64,000 nucleotides of DNA from Octopus bimaculoides (taxonomy: Eukaryota), in NCBI RefSeq assembly GCF_001194135.2, contig NC_068982.1, forward strand, positions 137,199,103-137,263,102, read 5' to 3'. A program made the position numbers and the translations under genes. The notes below the pieces were generated by a model that had not been told where the DNA came from, did no database searches, and saw nothing but the letters and a program-made list of their open reading frames with translations. This document shows, piece after piece, positions 38,780-50,520 of the stretch (position 1 is its first letter; each line of letters starts with the position of its first letter).

Positions 38780-39108
38780 TAATTTAGGGGTAATTCGATA
38801 AAATTGCAACCTCTTCTTATCCACACACCCAGTTCTTTTGTCCCCATTCACTTCTACTCACCTCATACTCTGAGGAGCCACACAGACACCTTATTACCTC
38901 TGTTTATATTTTTTTCTCTACTCCATCCCAATTACCCCCACCTCTTCTGAAATATGAGCTGCCATGTAGCCCTTTGACAATCAGTCAGAAACCAAATCAA
39001 ATGACACCGGTCTATGGCAGCAGTAGCTCCCAGTAAGAAATGACTTGGGATTGTGATGACCTGTTCAAACCATGCCAGCTTTGAAAAGAGGACATAAAAT
39101 GATGATCC
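38780..39108 (+). mobile_element. Old RTE-tail-bearing element, second subfamily (opposite-strand relative of 51787-52260)
   Basis: cctcttctgaaatatgagctgccatgtagccc matches the reverse complement of gggctacatgactcctcatattttagaagagagg (about 52091-52124). Ends aaaccatgccagc...ggacataaaatgatgat. Confidence 0.55.
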
Positions 39109-39471
39109 AAAAATAATTTGAACTCAGCACTGTAAGCTAACAAAGCACACTAGTCATTTAATCACAATGCTGTGGGTGTTGTCATCATTGAGGTATAATC
39201 AGTGTGTTATTGTTCTATTCAGTTAGACAAAAGCAACTGAGACATAAGTGTTTCTGATAATGTTTCAACACAGTGTCAATGGCAGGATTCACTTTTCCAG
39301 GATCTCTACTTATGTCCATAAATTTAAAAGTATATTTTATTTTAATACTTTAAAGAAAAACTTAAATTTAGTTCTAGCTGGAATTTAACAACTTTATTTA
39401 TTAAATTTTTTTTTTTTTCCGTAATATGAGAAATATTTTTAGAAATATTTCTATTAGAACCAATTGTGAAG

Positions 39472-39705
39472 GCAGTGAGCTGGCAGAATCATTAGCATGC
39501 CAGACAAAATCCTGAGCAGCATTTCTTACATCTTTATGTTCTGAGTTCAAATTCCACCAGGAATGGCACAGTTCCGAGGGTGGCACTTCCTGGGTGGCAC
39601 ATCTGGAGAGCCCTATGGCACAGTTCCGAAGTTAAGCACTGAGGTTGATATAATTGACTTACCCTTCCCCCAAAATTTCAGGCCTTGTGCCTAAGTAGAG
39701 AGGAT
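39472..39705 (+). mobile_element. tRNA-derived SINE (family C) with a foreign 67-bp patch in its middle
   Basis: tggcagaatcattag A box, gagttcaaattcc B box, tail aaaatttcaggccttgtgcctaagtagagagg. Confidence 0.75.
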
Positions 39706-39740
39706 TGTTGGAAACAGTTTTTATTTAAAAAGTAGGAACG

Positions 39741-40216
39741 TCATCATCATTTAACGTCTGTTGTCCATGCTGACATGGGTTGGACAGTTTGACCAGGGCT
39801 GGTAAGCTAGAAGGCTGCACCAGACTCCAGTATGATTTGGCATGGTTTTCTATGGCTGGATGCCCTTCCTAACGCCAACCACTCCAGGAGTGTAATGGGT
39901 GATTTTATGTGCCACCGGCATGGGTGCCATTTGCATAACACCGGTATCAGCCATGACTGCGATTTTGCTCAGCTTGATGGGTCTTCTTCTCAAGTATGAC
40001 ATAATGTCAAAGGTCTCAGTCATTGCCTCCATTAGGCTCAATGCTTGAAAGGAACTAAGCCGCTATGCCTCTGCGAGGCCCAATGCTTGAAAGAAACTCA
40101 GCCACTTTGCCTCCATGAGGCTCAATGCTCAAAAGGACCTCAACCACTTTGCTTCCGTGAGAACCAGTGCTCGAAAGGAACTCAGCCGCCTTGCCTCCAG
40201 GAAGCCCAGCACTTGA
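39741..40216 (-). mobile_element. Non-autonomous RTE derivative with a 42-bp tandem array at its 5' end
   Basis: (CAT)n tail, conserved UTR block, RTE ORF-end relic. Array units start at 40047, 40089, 40131 and 40173 (period 42). Confidence 0.8.
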
Positions 40217-40239
40217 ATTATTATTGTTATTGAGTGGTG

Positions 40240-40460
40240 GGTTGGCAGAATTTGTAGAGAATCAGACAAACTATTTTGTTATATCTGCTGACTCTTTACA
40301 TAATGAGTTCAAATCCTGCTAAAGTCACCTTTGCCTTTCATGCATTTGGGGTCAATAAAATAAAATGTCAGTCGGGTACTCAGGTTTGTTAATGTAATTG
40401 ATTGACCCACTTCTTTCAAAATTGCTGACTATTCCTTTCCCCAAATTTCTAGCCTTGTGC
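40240..40460 (+). mobile_element. tRNA-derived SINE (family C), diverged
   Basis: ttggcagaatttgtag, gagttcaaatcctg, ttgcctttcat, aaatttctagccttgtgcc. Confidence 0.7.
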
Positions 40461-40652
40461 CTGTTTGAGAGTTTGCTGTTATTATCTATGATTATTAATC
40501 ATTATTCATCATCATCATTTAAAATTCAAAAGGAAAGATCTCATATGAGTAAATACATACCCATCCCATATTTTCTGTAACTGAAATGGTTATAAAATAA
40601 GTTTTCATGTAGAATATATTACAGACCGTTTAAGGCCTTCAGATCTTCTGTT

Positions 40653-40925
40653 CATCATCATCATCGTTTAACGTCCACATTCCATGCTAGCATGGGCTGG
40701 ACAGTTTGACTGAGGTCTGGAGAGCCAGTGGCTGCACCAGGCTCCAATCTAATCTGGCAGTGTTTCTACAGCTGGATGCCCTTCCTAATGCCAACCACTC
40801 CGAGAATGTAGTGGGTGCTTTTTACGTGCCACCGGCATAGGAGCCAGTCAGGCACGCCTGGCATCGATCATGTTCGGGTAGTACCTTTTATGTGCCATTG
40901 GCACAGGGGCCAGTCAGGGGGTACT
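40653..40925 (-). mobile_element. RTE 3' UTR copy
   Basis: (CAT)n-cgtttaacgtccac...gggtgctttttacgtgccaccggc. Confidence 0.88.
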
Positions 40926-42563
40926 GTTATTTTTATAAATAATTTTTTTTTGAAATTTACTCCATCTAAATTAAAACAATGAGAGGAATTGTAAGTTTTC
41001 AAAGCTAATCTGTAGTGAAAATACACCATAAAACTAGTTGAATTGGTGTATGTTGATAGTACTTTACCTGAAATATATGAATGAGAAAAGTTTTGTGAAT
41101 GAGAAAGTACAACAAATGAATAATTCTAGAGTGTGTGAAAGATTCCTAGAGAATATATGGTTGTTGTGGGATCACATATCAGAATCTCAGCTCTCGGAGA
41201 TGGGAGAAGCCACTTAGGATGGGCTTACCCAGTCAAGTTATGTCAATGTTTTTTGTAGTGTCAGTAACTGTCAAAGCAACACTTTGACTAGTGCATTCCT
41301 TATCTCATGTTTTGTGCTCTACTCTGAGTTAAAAATGAGAGATGGAAGTTAATGTAAAAGGAAAACAAAATGTTGCTTGGAGCAAAATATAATGATCTTG
41401 ATTACATGTTGACTGTAGTAGATTCATCAGCATCAGAGTGAACATATGACACCTTAATGAGCTGATAATTATATAATAAGCAACAATTTATCATAAGACT
41501 GGATTATTTTTACATTAAATATGAATTTCACTGCTTATAATCCATTGCTTATGATCACTTGTTTATAGATGTATACAAAAGTTATTGGATATTTTCGAAG
41601 TATTCATGACATATTTGTTAAACTATATTCATTCAGTCAGCTAATGTACAATTTTCTATGCTAGCATTTGTTGAACTGGGTGCTTTTTCAGGCAGGATTT
41701 GTTGTCAACCTTTACCTGTCAGGAGGTCCTCAAGTAATAGACCTCCAGGGACCTTTGAAAGTACAGAGCAACTGGTCATTATGTCAACAAGAATTATCTA
41801 CATTTGCATATATTCAACCAGCTTCCTACAGTTTCTAAATTTACTTTCAAGGTATTGGTTGACTCAAAACTAGTGTAGAAGACACTTACTCCTGTGGCTG
41901 TGAAGTGAACTTCTTAACAACCCAGCCATGCCAGTCCCTATTATGATATTTAAAAGGATAATATGTTTAGGCTTACATCTCATCTCGAAGTTGTTCCACT
42001 TTGTAGTCGCAAATATACAACCATTCCAAAATCTGAAACACTTCAGCTTCCAGTCATTTTAAATAAAGTGTCATCAACTTCTACTAAGATATCAAAGATT
42101 GTTTTAATTTACAGTTTTGTTTTTTTTTAAGTAATTTTTCAGTTATTTGTGTTAGCTGTTTCCCAGTTTTTAGACCAATTATACTGTATCTTAAGTGTGT
42201 TATGAGAAGCAACTAAAATTGTTGGCATCAGGAAGAGCACCTGATTGTAAAACACTTCCGATAAAAGTCCAGTCCAACCCATACCATCATAAAAGAGATG
42301 TAAAGATAATTATGGCGACAGTAGGGATGATGGGGAGGAGGGGTATTAGTTCTAAATTTAACAAAGACTGAAATAGATTCTATTTCTGTCTATATTATTC
42401 ATTTAGTTATAGAAATGATACCTTTTCAAATGTTTCTCTTTCTTCAGAGAGTTTATTATATCAATAAAACCACTTCTGAATAACATATGTTTATGCTTAT
42501 TTGTATGACATTTTATGATTCCTTCACTTTTGGGATTAACATTTTATCCGTTTCTATTCTCAG

Positions 42564-42705
42564 TACACTGAAGAAAAGCTTGGTCAGGCAGAAAAGACTG
42601 AATTAGATGCTCATTTTGAGAATTTACTTCAACGGTCTGAGAAAACAAGACAATGGACAGAAAAACTGCTTCGTTCCTCAGAGACTTTACTTCAACCAAA
42701 TCCCA
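42564..42705 (+). CDS. SH3GLB1: Endophilin-B (SH3GLB1-like) internal coding exon, N-BAR domain N-terminal part (exon 2 equivalent), phase 0 to phase 1
   Basis: Acceptor ttctattctcag|, donor |gtaagt. Translates YTEEKLGQAEKTELDAHFENLLQRSEKTRQWTEKLLRSSETLLQPNP, closely matching endophilin-B1 FTEEKLGQAEKTELDAHLENLL...EVLLQPNP. Length 142 nt. Confidence 0.97.
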
Positions 42706-44497
42706 GTAAGTAAACCTATATTTAGATAAATAATTTTTCCTGTTTATTTTTAAGCTTTGTTATTCCAAATGTTGCCTTCTCTGTTCTGTTCATTAACAAA
42801 AGTATATCTAGAAATAAGGAAAAATATCTCTTGATTAGAAGTAACTTTTGTTTAACAAGTTTTTTGTTAGTTTATTTTGTTATTCATGTGAAAAGTATTT
42901 TTATTTTTGTTGCTATTATTTAGAATAAAAATGGCATCTTAGGTAATAATATAAAGTTTTGAATGTGTAAATCCTAGTATGAATGAAGGAGGAATTTCAC
43001 TGATAGACATAGAGGATTCCCCTGTCTTCTGCATTCTGATGATTGAAGCTCTCTTGTAATTTAACAGTATAACTTGTTACACGAGTATTTCTGATTTGTT
43101 AGAAATTAAAAGCATACCAGCTATTTTCACCATTCATGTCTGACATTTCAGCTATCATAAATTCGTTAACCCGAGCCTAGCTGAGAAAAATGAATGTCTG
43201 AATTCTTTAAATCTATCGTTCTGTTTCAGAGGTACTTGCCCGGCAAGTGATTTTATCTGAGACTGTGTTGAAAATAGAAATAGTTACAGTGTAGAAGATA
43301 TGCATTAAGTACTTCTTATTTGGTGTTGGCATCTTAATGCAACCTACCATGACCTAGACACTGACATGGTCCCACTACAACTAGTTTGGAGCAGTGTTGT
43401 TGGCCAGTATATCTAAGATTCAGGATTGTAAATATAATTTATCTTTATAGGTCAGTCGTTCTGGTTGTTACCACCTGGTGCTCAAAGATGGTTAATTAGG
43501 TTGGCATTTGGTTGTGTAATTCACATACCCTCTCTTCTTTCTCTTGGTGGGGGAGGTTATTTAGTACAGTATCAAGATTCTAGTGCAACCATGAACAAAT
43601 AAAATATTCTTTAATTTATCTTTTTAAGGCCTAAAAGTCTGTCACTGTCTCTTTTAAATCTGCCAGTCTATTTGTCTTACTGTTCCTCATAGTTGCCACA
43701 CATACAAAGTTGTAGTTGTTGATTTGAACTTTATAACTATAGTCATTGTGTTGTGTCCCTTCAACAGTAGATAACTCTGTTACCTCTGTTTATCTGGCTG
43801 GCAAATATATTCCACTTTCCATGATTGAGTTCTTAATATTAGCAAAAGCACCTAACCAAAAAAACCAATTGCCTTTGGAGCTAACATCTAAGTCTCCACA
43901 TGGCTGCTCCATGTGCTAGAAGTAGCAGTAAAACTGCTTGATTAGGATTGAGATGGGGGCTAAAGAACAACCAGTTGTCCTAATACCATACAATATACAA
44001 ATTTTGGGAATGTATGTCACTCATGTTAACATAGAAAAATTAGTTTTTAAATTGATACTTTAGCTTTTATTTAGGATGTCAAAAATGTGATTTCTAAATA
44101 TTGAATACATTTATTTTGAAATAAACAATAATACTGATAATTCAAAAGTAAAAATTCAGTTCTGCATTGAGTTCATCATAATCGTTATCATTGAATGTCT
44201 GTCTTCCATATTGATGTGGATTGAAGGGTTTAGCAGGATCTGACAGGTTAGAGAACTGGGTCATGCTCCAATATCTGCTTTGACACAATTTCTACAGTTG
44301 GATGCCTATAAATAAAAATCAGCTCTAATTTAAGGTTAATATATGGAAAAAAAAAACCAATAATAAATGAATAATAATAATCAATTTGTGATGAGAAAAA
44401 TCATCTAAAATCAAGTACAGGATATTTTAGATGTTCTTAATGAATGACAAAGTATATGGAGCCCCCTACTTAGTATGTTAAAGATGAACAGAACAGT

Positions 44498-44797
44498 TGG
44501 TTGGCACTCCGTTGGTTACGATGACGAGGGTTCCAGTTGATCTGATCAACGGAACAGCCTGCTTGTGAAATTAACGTGCAAGTGGGTGAGCACTCCACAG
44601 AAACAGGGAGAAAGAGTGAGAGAATGTTGTGGTGAAAGAATACAACAGGGTTTGCTACCACCCCCTGCTGGAGCCTCATGGAGCTTTTTAGGTGTTTTTA
44701 CTCAATAAACACTCACAACGCCCGGTCTGGGAATCGAAACCACGATCCTATGACTGCGAGTCCGCTGCCCTAATCACTGGGCCATTGTACCTCCACA
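44498..44797 (-). mobile_element. tRNA-derived SINE (family D) with 11-bp TSD
   Basis: Minus-strand head tggcccagtgattagggcagcggactcgcagtc...ggtttcgattccc (A and B boxes). TSD aacagaacagt at 44487-44497 and 44798-44808. Confidence 0.88.
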
Positions 44798-44861
44798 AAC
44801 AGAACAGTAGCTGGCAGAATTTATACTGAATGGCAAAAATACTTTAGCACATTTATTTACA

Positions 44862-45540
44862 CGAGCAAACTGACCCATCTATGGTAAGAAATGAAAGGAG
44901 GGTGGAAAATAATAACAACTTTAAGTATGAATGTATACTGAAATATGGCATGGGAAATGTAACAAAATATAAATAACGGTTGGTTTTGATTTTTGATCTA
45001 CACTAATTTTCAAATTAGCTGAGTCTGTTGCTCTGCTCATAGTGACATACAACTGGCCATGTGCAAACATTGGAGCAGGCAGATACACACCAACACGATT
45101 TAAAGTCTGGCTCTGAGACTTGGTAGCTGTGAATGAGAAGGCTAGTTTGATGGGAAACTATCTGCATCATAATTGGAAGGGAAACTGGTTGTCGGAGGAT
45201 ACCAGTGATATCCGAGGTATGAACAGGTGCTTACCACTGTGAGGGGCTAATCACTATCACTGCCTCGATGACATGAGAATTGAATTGCGTGATGGTGTCT
45301 CTTGTTCTGTTGCAATGTCCATAGGCAGGGTCAAAATTTCATAGGAGCATTATAGGACAGTCCTTTTTCAATGAGATCCTATGCATAGATAGTCCTGATG
45401 GATTCAATTTGTTAAGGAAATCTTCTGGATACTGGTGATAATTTCCATTGACTATAGGTGTCCAAACTTAGATATTGTTGACTTTCTCCTGGGAAGTTGT
45501 TAATTATGTAGTCATTAACATTATTGTTTTTATTTATTTA
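44862..45540 (-). mobile_element. Helitron RepHel fragment: Pif1-family helicase C-terminus (pseudogenised) and probable 3' end
   Basis: Minus strand: NDYIINNFPGESQQYLSLD, YPEDFLNKLNPSGLSMHRISLKKDCPIMLL*NFDPAYGHCNRTR, HLFIPRISL, FPIKLAFSFTATKSQSQTLNRVGVYLPAPMFAHGQLYVTMSR. Possible terminus gggtcagtttgCTCG|T at 44862 (=CTAG|T). Confidence 0.92.
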
Positions 45541-45654
45541 TTTTTTTGTTGTGGGTGTTGTACCAAATTGACGTAGTTTTAGAGGAAGTGTGATGATGGG
45601 ATTAAAAAAGACTCACACACACACTGTCTTTTTTCTCTCTTTCTGTCTCTGTGT

Positions 45655-45775
45655 TTTTCTCTCTCTCTTTCACTGTATGTCTCTCTCTCTTTTTCACTGT
45701 ATGTCTCTCTCTTTTTCACTGTATGTCTCTCTCTCTTTCACTGTATGTCTCTCTCTCTCTCTCACTCTCTCTCTC

Positions 45776-45813
<38 letters not shown>

Positions 45814-45835
45814 ACTGTATGTCTCTCTCTCTCAC
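45655..45835. repeat. Compound minisatellite: five copies of ttcactgtatgt embedded in (CT)n
   Basis: Directly visible. Confidence 0.9.
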
Positions 45836-46834
45836 TCTGTCACACACCTGTTTCATACACTCCATCAACGTGTTGATGGAGTAAAAGAAAATGCACACAC
45901 TCAGTGTGTCCTTTTCTCTGTTTCTGTGTGTCTATGTGTTTTCTTCTGTCTCTGTCTTTCTCTCTCTATCTATGTCTCTGTGTGTCGCACACCCCATCAA
46001 CACCAAAACCATTGTAGAGATAATAATGAAAGAACTGAAAGTACTGTTTGAACTTTCATAAATGCCATTTAGGTCTTAGTTTCTGTTTTCTTACTGTGGC
46101 CGATTTCCATTTAATTTGTTTTTATGAATGTATACGGAAATGGCTTCCTTAGTTTCGTACGAATCGAAGCAGTGTAGCAAGTCTTTCCAATAAAATTTTT
46201 TAAACATGATATGAGCCATTCTTGAGACGTCCTTAGTAAGACTGCCAAGTTTTGTGCAAATGTGATCAGTTGTTTGGCCATAAAAAGGTCATGGACAGAC
46301 ATAAAGCCAGTTACAGTAAGATTTCTTCAAATTTTGCCATGGTCAAATTTATAGCTCTTCTCTCTAGAGTCAATAAAGTACCAGTCATGTAGAAGGGATT
46401 GATTTTTATCAACTACATTCATTCCTCAAAATTATATGGATATAATATATAATGAACTTATTGTATACAGTGCTCAGGTGCACTATAACTCAGCAGAAAA
46501 GGTAAACAAAACTGCGTGAACAGTATACAGAATATGTACAGAAAGGGAACAGTGAATAAATCTTAACAAAAGAAAAAAAAAAAAGGAAAATGGTGGAGAG
46601 GGGGCATCAGGTGTACTATTGGTTAATTTCAGAAAGCATGAAAGGTGTGTTATCTTGACAGCTAAAATCTGATGTGAATAGTTTATTTTGTGCTTCAGCA
46701 ATTCTGTGCATGGAAAAATATTTCTGAAAGTCATAGGTGCTTTTTTGATATTGTAAGCATGTCCATGAGTGTTAGACATATGGAATTCCAAAAAGTGCCT
46801 GAGGTTGTTGTTGGAAAGATGCAGAATAAACAAG

Positions 46835-47068
46835 GGCGGCGAGCTGGCAGAAACGTTAGCACGCCAGGCAAAATGCTTAGCGGTAATTCATCTGCCGTTA
46901 CGTTCTGAGTTCAAATTCCGCCGAGGTTGACTTTGCCTTTCACCCTTTCGGGGTTGATAAATTAAGTACCAGTTACGCACTGGGGTCGATGTAATCAACT
47001 TAATCCCTTTGTCTGTCCTTGTTTGTTCCCTCTATGTTTAGCCCCTTGTGGGCAATAAAGAAATAAGA
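46835..47068 (+). mobile_element. Young tRNA-derived SINE (family C head, alternative tail)
   Basis: ggcggcgagctggcagaaacgttagcacgcc, B box gagttcaaattcc at 46907-46919, CpGs preserved, tail ggcaataaagaaataag. Confidence 0.9.
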
Positions 47069-47074
47069 AAGATG

Positions 47075-48155
47075 ATGAATAATCTTTTTGATGTCTACCA
47101 AGTCTGTTGTCAGATGTCAGAGCTTTAATGTGTCCACGCCCAGAGAAGCAATATGTTCTGAGTATGGTAGATGCCTGATGGCAGGTATTTGTCTGGTTGC
47201 ACATTTCTGAACAGCTTCCAGGATATTGATATGCTGAGCAAGTTAGGGGTTCCAGACTGGTAATGCAAATTCTAAGTGTGGACGTACCAGAGTCAGATAC
47301 AGCTTTAAATAGATGGAGATTAGTTGACAAAGGTCTCACTGAGAGATGCTAAGACACCTTCAGCCTTCTTGACAATAATACCCAGGTCATGTTCCCTTAC
47401 AGACTTCTTAACATTGGTGGTGTTGAGGGAATATGTAAAAGCTGGGTTTTTCCTCCCAAAATACATGGTGATGCCCTTGACCGCAGTCAACTTCAGTTGC
47501 TAGTCAGTAATTCATTGCTGCATTGTGTCCAGGTCTGATTGCAGGAAAGATCTATTGCATATAGGATCTGTTCTTTTTATCTAAAGGTACAACTTGATGG
47601 TATGTGTATTTCAACACTAACATTCTTCAAGTTGGCACCTGTGTCATTAATGTATGCAACAAACAACAGGGGTCCAAGAACGGATCCTTGTGTTATACCA
47701 GATATCATCTCATAGGGTGAGAATGATGTCCTAGAACCGTGACTATCTCTTTTCGATTTAGAATGAAGGATTTCAACCAGTTGTAGAGATCATTTTTCAC
47801 ACCTATTGCAGACAGTTTTGCCATGAGTTATTTGTGTGACACACAATTGAAAGCTTTAGCAAAGTCAAAATAGATAAGACCCACCCATGAACTACTATCA
47901 GTAATTCGGACGATGTCCTCAAGAAACTCAATGAGTTGGATACAGCAGGTGGAGTTAGAGATAAATCCAAATTGTGATGGTTGAATAAAGCTGTGAGAGT
48001 TCTTGAAGTTCCAGAATGTTTCTCTGATGCAGAACTCCATCAGTTTGGTGGTGCAGCTAATAAGACTGACTGGACAATAGTTGACAGGTGATGTACAATC
48101 ACCCTTTTTGAACAGGGGAATGATGCTGGCAATTTTCCACGGGTCTTGAGTGACA
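47075..48155 (-). mobile_element. CR1-clade LINE RT fragment (pseudogenised)
   Basis: Minus strand: KIASIIPLFKKGDCTSPVNYCPVSLISCTTKLMEFCIRE, SQFGF, IYFDFAKAFNCVSHK, SGITQGSVLGPLLFVAYIND, LYLTLVRPHLEFALPVWNP, LEAVQKCAT. Confidence 0.93.
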
Positions 48156-49211
48156 CATATCTAGAAGATGAACAAATATAAATTTAATGGAAATAGAAAG
48201 AAAGGAATTAAAAAGAAATACCAAGAGCTGATGATTAACAGCACAGGATGACTGAATGTCCCTTTACATAATGATTCCAGTGAGTTTCCTGAACCAATCC
48301 TCACTGGTCTCTAGATAAATTCATACACACTCTTGCTCTCTTACCTTTCAAATGATGCCAACATACAAACAGAAAAACAAAACAATGAAAAACAGACTTT
48401 GTTGTTGTCTAGTAGTTCTGACATTTACATAAATCGTTGATGTAAGTACTTTCAGTGAAATGCCGGAATGATATTGATTGTTGTTCAGTTTTAACAAATC
48501 TAAGGCATCCGGTCGCTTAGCCCTATAACAAATCTCAGTAAATTACAAATTAAATCATTCAGAATTGATAACACAATTTGTAATGGAACTAAAATATTTT
48601 TATTGACTGAGTATCACAATTTCCTCTTTATTTGTCTGAATATTTGCTAGTGGGGGTTTGCAGTACCCCAACATGTTATTGTTTTAAATGCTATGTATGG
48701 TAAACGAAACAAAGGTTTTGTATAGCTATATTGTAGATGAACCTTTTGCTGAGTATGATACATACACTTGCTCTCTTTATCTTTCAAATGATCAATGGCG
48801 GCTCGTAGATAAAATTAGTGGGGGTGTTGCTTCAGAAAATTTTAGCCATTGTTTTAATATTGTGCAAAAGGAAACAGACATATAAAAAGAATGTTCATAC
48901 ATTAACTTGATCGGTTCATGTTTTAGCCACTGCTGGGTAGTGTGTTTAATTTGTTCACTAAACACTGACACGGATTCTCCCTTGTTTTTCAAAAATCCCC
49001 CCAAAATCACAAAATAAGGAGGGAAAATCTGCCCTATTTTTCAAATCCTGGCAGCAACACTGAAGCTGGAAGCAAGATAATAATTCAATTCTACACTTTA
49101 TCACATTCAAGAATATAAACACATTTTTAAGCACAACACACCTGGAGTCAAAAAGAAACACTCCGTATGTATACATATATATATGTGTGTGTGTGTGTGT
49201 NNNNNNNNNNG

Positions 49212-49252
<41 letters not shown>

Positions 49253-49704
49253 GTATATAACTGGTTGACTTAACTCCTCATGTTTTTTTAAGTTTTGTGG
49301 ATGTGAAAAAGACACAACCAGCTTCTCAGACATAAAGAGGAGAAAGAACAATACGGTTTCTTTCTTACTGAGAAACACAGCAAGAGCTTAACTGCTATTG
49401 GTTAGTTTGGGTCATAGTTGTGGTGACAGCTCACCAACAACAGCTCTAACACTGACTTAAACTGAACATTGAGGATTAAGTTCTCTCTGTAAGAAAGAAG
49501 CCATCTTGTTCTTTCTCCACTTTCCTTCCAAATGACTTAGGAGTTAGTCGGGGTTTTTTTTTCTTTTTTGTTTTTTTTTTTGGTCCTGTCTACAAGTCAT
49601 TAAAATAATATGAGGAGTTAAGCCAACTCAAATATATCTCCCACTCTGTGTCGAAGCATACTTCCACTCATTTGTTCACCCACCTTTGTACATATATCAT
49701 CATC

Positions 49705-50215
49705 GCAGGTGTGGCTGTATGGTAAGAATCTTGTTTCTCAACCACATGGTTCTGAGTTCAGTGTTATTGTGTGGCACTTTGGGCAGGTATCTTCTACTAT
49801 AGCCTCAGGCCAACCAAAGCCTTGTGAGTGGATTTGGTAGATGGAAACTGAAGGAGGCCCATTGTATGTATATATTTATATATATATATATATAATATAG
49901 GTGCAGGAGTGGCTGTGTGGTAAGAAGCTTGCTTCCTAACTACATGGTTCCAGGTTAGCAAGTGTCTTCTGCTATGGCCTTGGGCCAACCAAAACCTTGT
50001 GAGTGGATTTGGTAGGCGGAAACCAAAAGAAGTCTATTATATATATATATATATGTGTGTGTGTCTGTGTTTGTACCCCACCATTCCTTGATAACCGGTG
50101 TTGGTGTGTTTACATCCCTCATAGCCTAGCGGTTCAGCCAAAGAATTGATAGAATAAGTACTTGGCTTACAAAGAATGAGTCCTGAGGTGGATTTCTTCA
50201 ACTAAAAGACCTTTA
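49705..50215 (+). mobile_element. Two SINE family A heads in tandem (49705-49865; 49900 onward) sharing one tail
   Basis: The second gcaggagtggctgtgtgg begins inside the (TA)n of the first copy. Confidence 0.82.
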
Positions 50216-50520
50216 AGGTTTTTGTTACATGCCACCGGCACAGGAGCCAGTCAGGTGGCACGGGCATCAACCATGCTCGTATGGCACTTTTTTACTTGCT
50301 ATTGGCACAGGAGCCAGTCCAATGGGACTGGCATCAACCACGCTTGAATAGTACTTTGTATGTGCCACCAGCATGGGAGCCAGTCAAGCAGCACTAGCAT
50401 CAACCATGCTTGTATGGTGCTTTTTACATGGAAGTGGCATCGACCACACTCGAAAGGTGCTTTGTATGTGCCAGTCAAGCGGCACTGGCATCAGCCACGC
50501 CAATGATTTCACTTGACTCA
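50216..50520 (-). repeat. Minisatellite array from the RTE 3' UTR (units with gccagtc...ggcatcaaccatgct...atggtgcttt)
   Basis: About five diverged units of roughly 60-65 bp. Confidence 0.8.

Noticed and set aside
41692-41733. 42-nt phase-0 AG...GT candidate cassette exon (AGFVVNLYLSGGPQ) upstream of exon 2
   Set aside because: Short pyrimidine tract, weak donor (caa|gtaata) and no homology. Such matches are expected by chance; RNA-seq would be needed.
43037-43094. TGATGA...CTGA as an intronic C/D-box snoRNA
   Set aside because: Box C lacks the 5' purine, there is no terminal stem, and I recognised no rRNA-complementary guide.
44720-46920. tRNA-like A/B-box sequences as tRNA genes
   Set aside because: No full cloverleaf. 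They continue into SINE bodies present in multiple copies, one with a TSD.
50216-50520. Regularly spaced repeats resembling a CRISPR array (also 6143-6420, 23500-23720, 40022-40216, 58008-58258)
   Set aside because: Units are degenerate tandem repeats without unique spacers, there are no cas genes, and the context is a eukaryotic retrotransposon.
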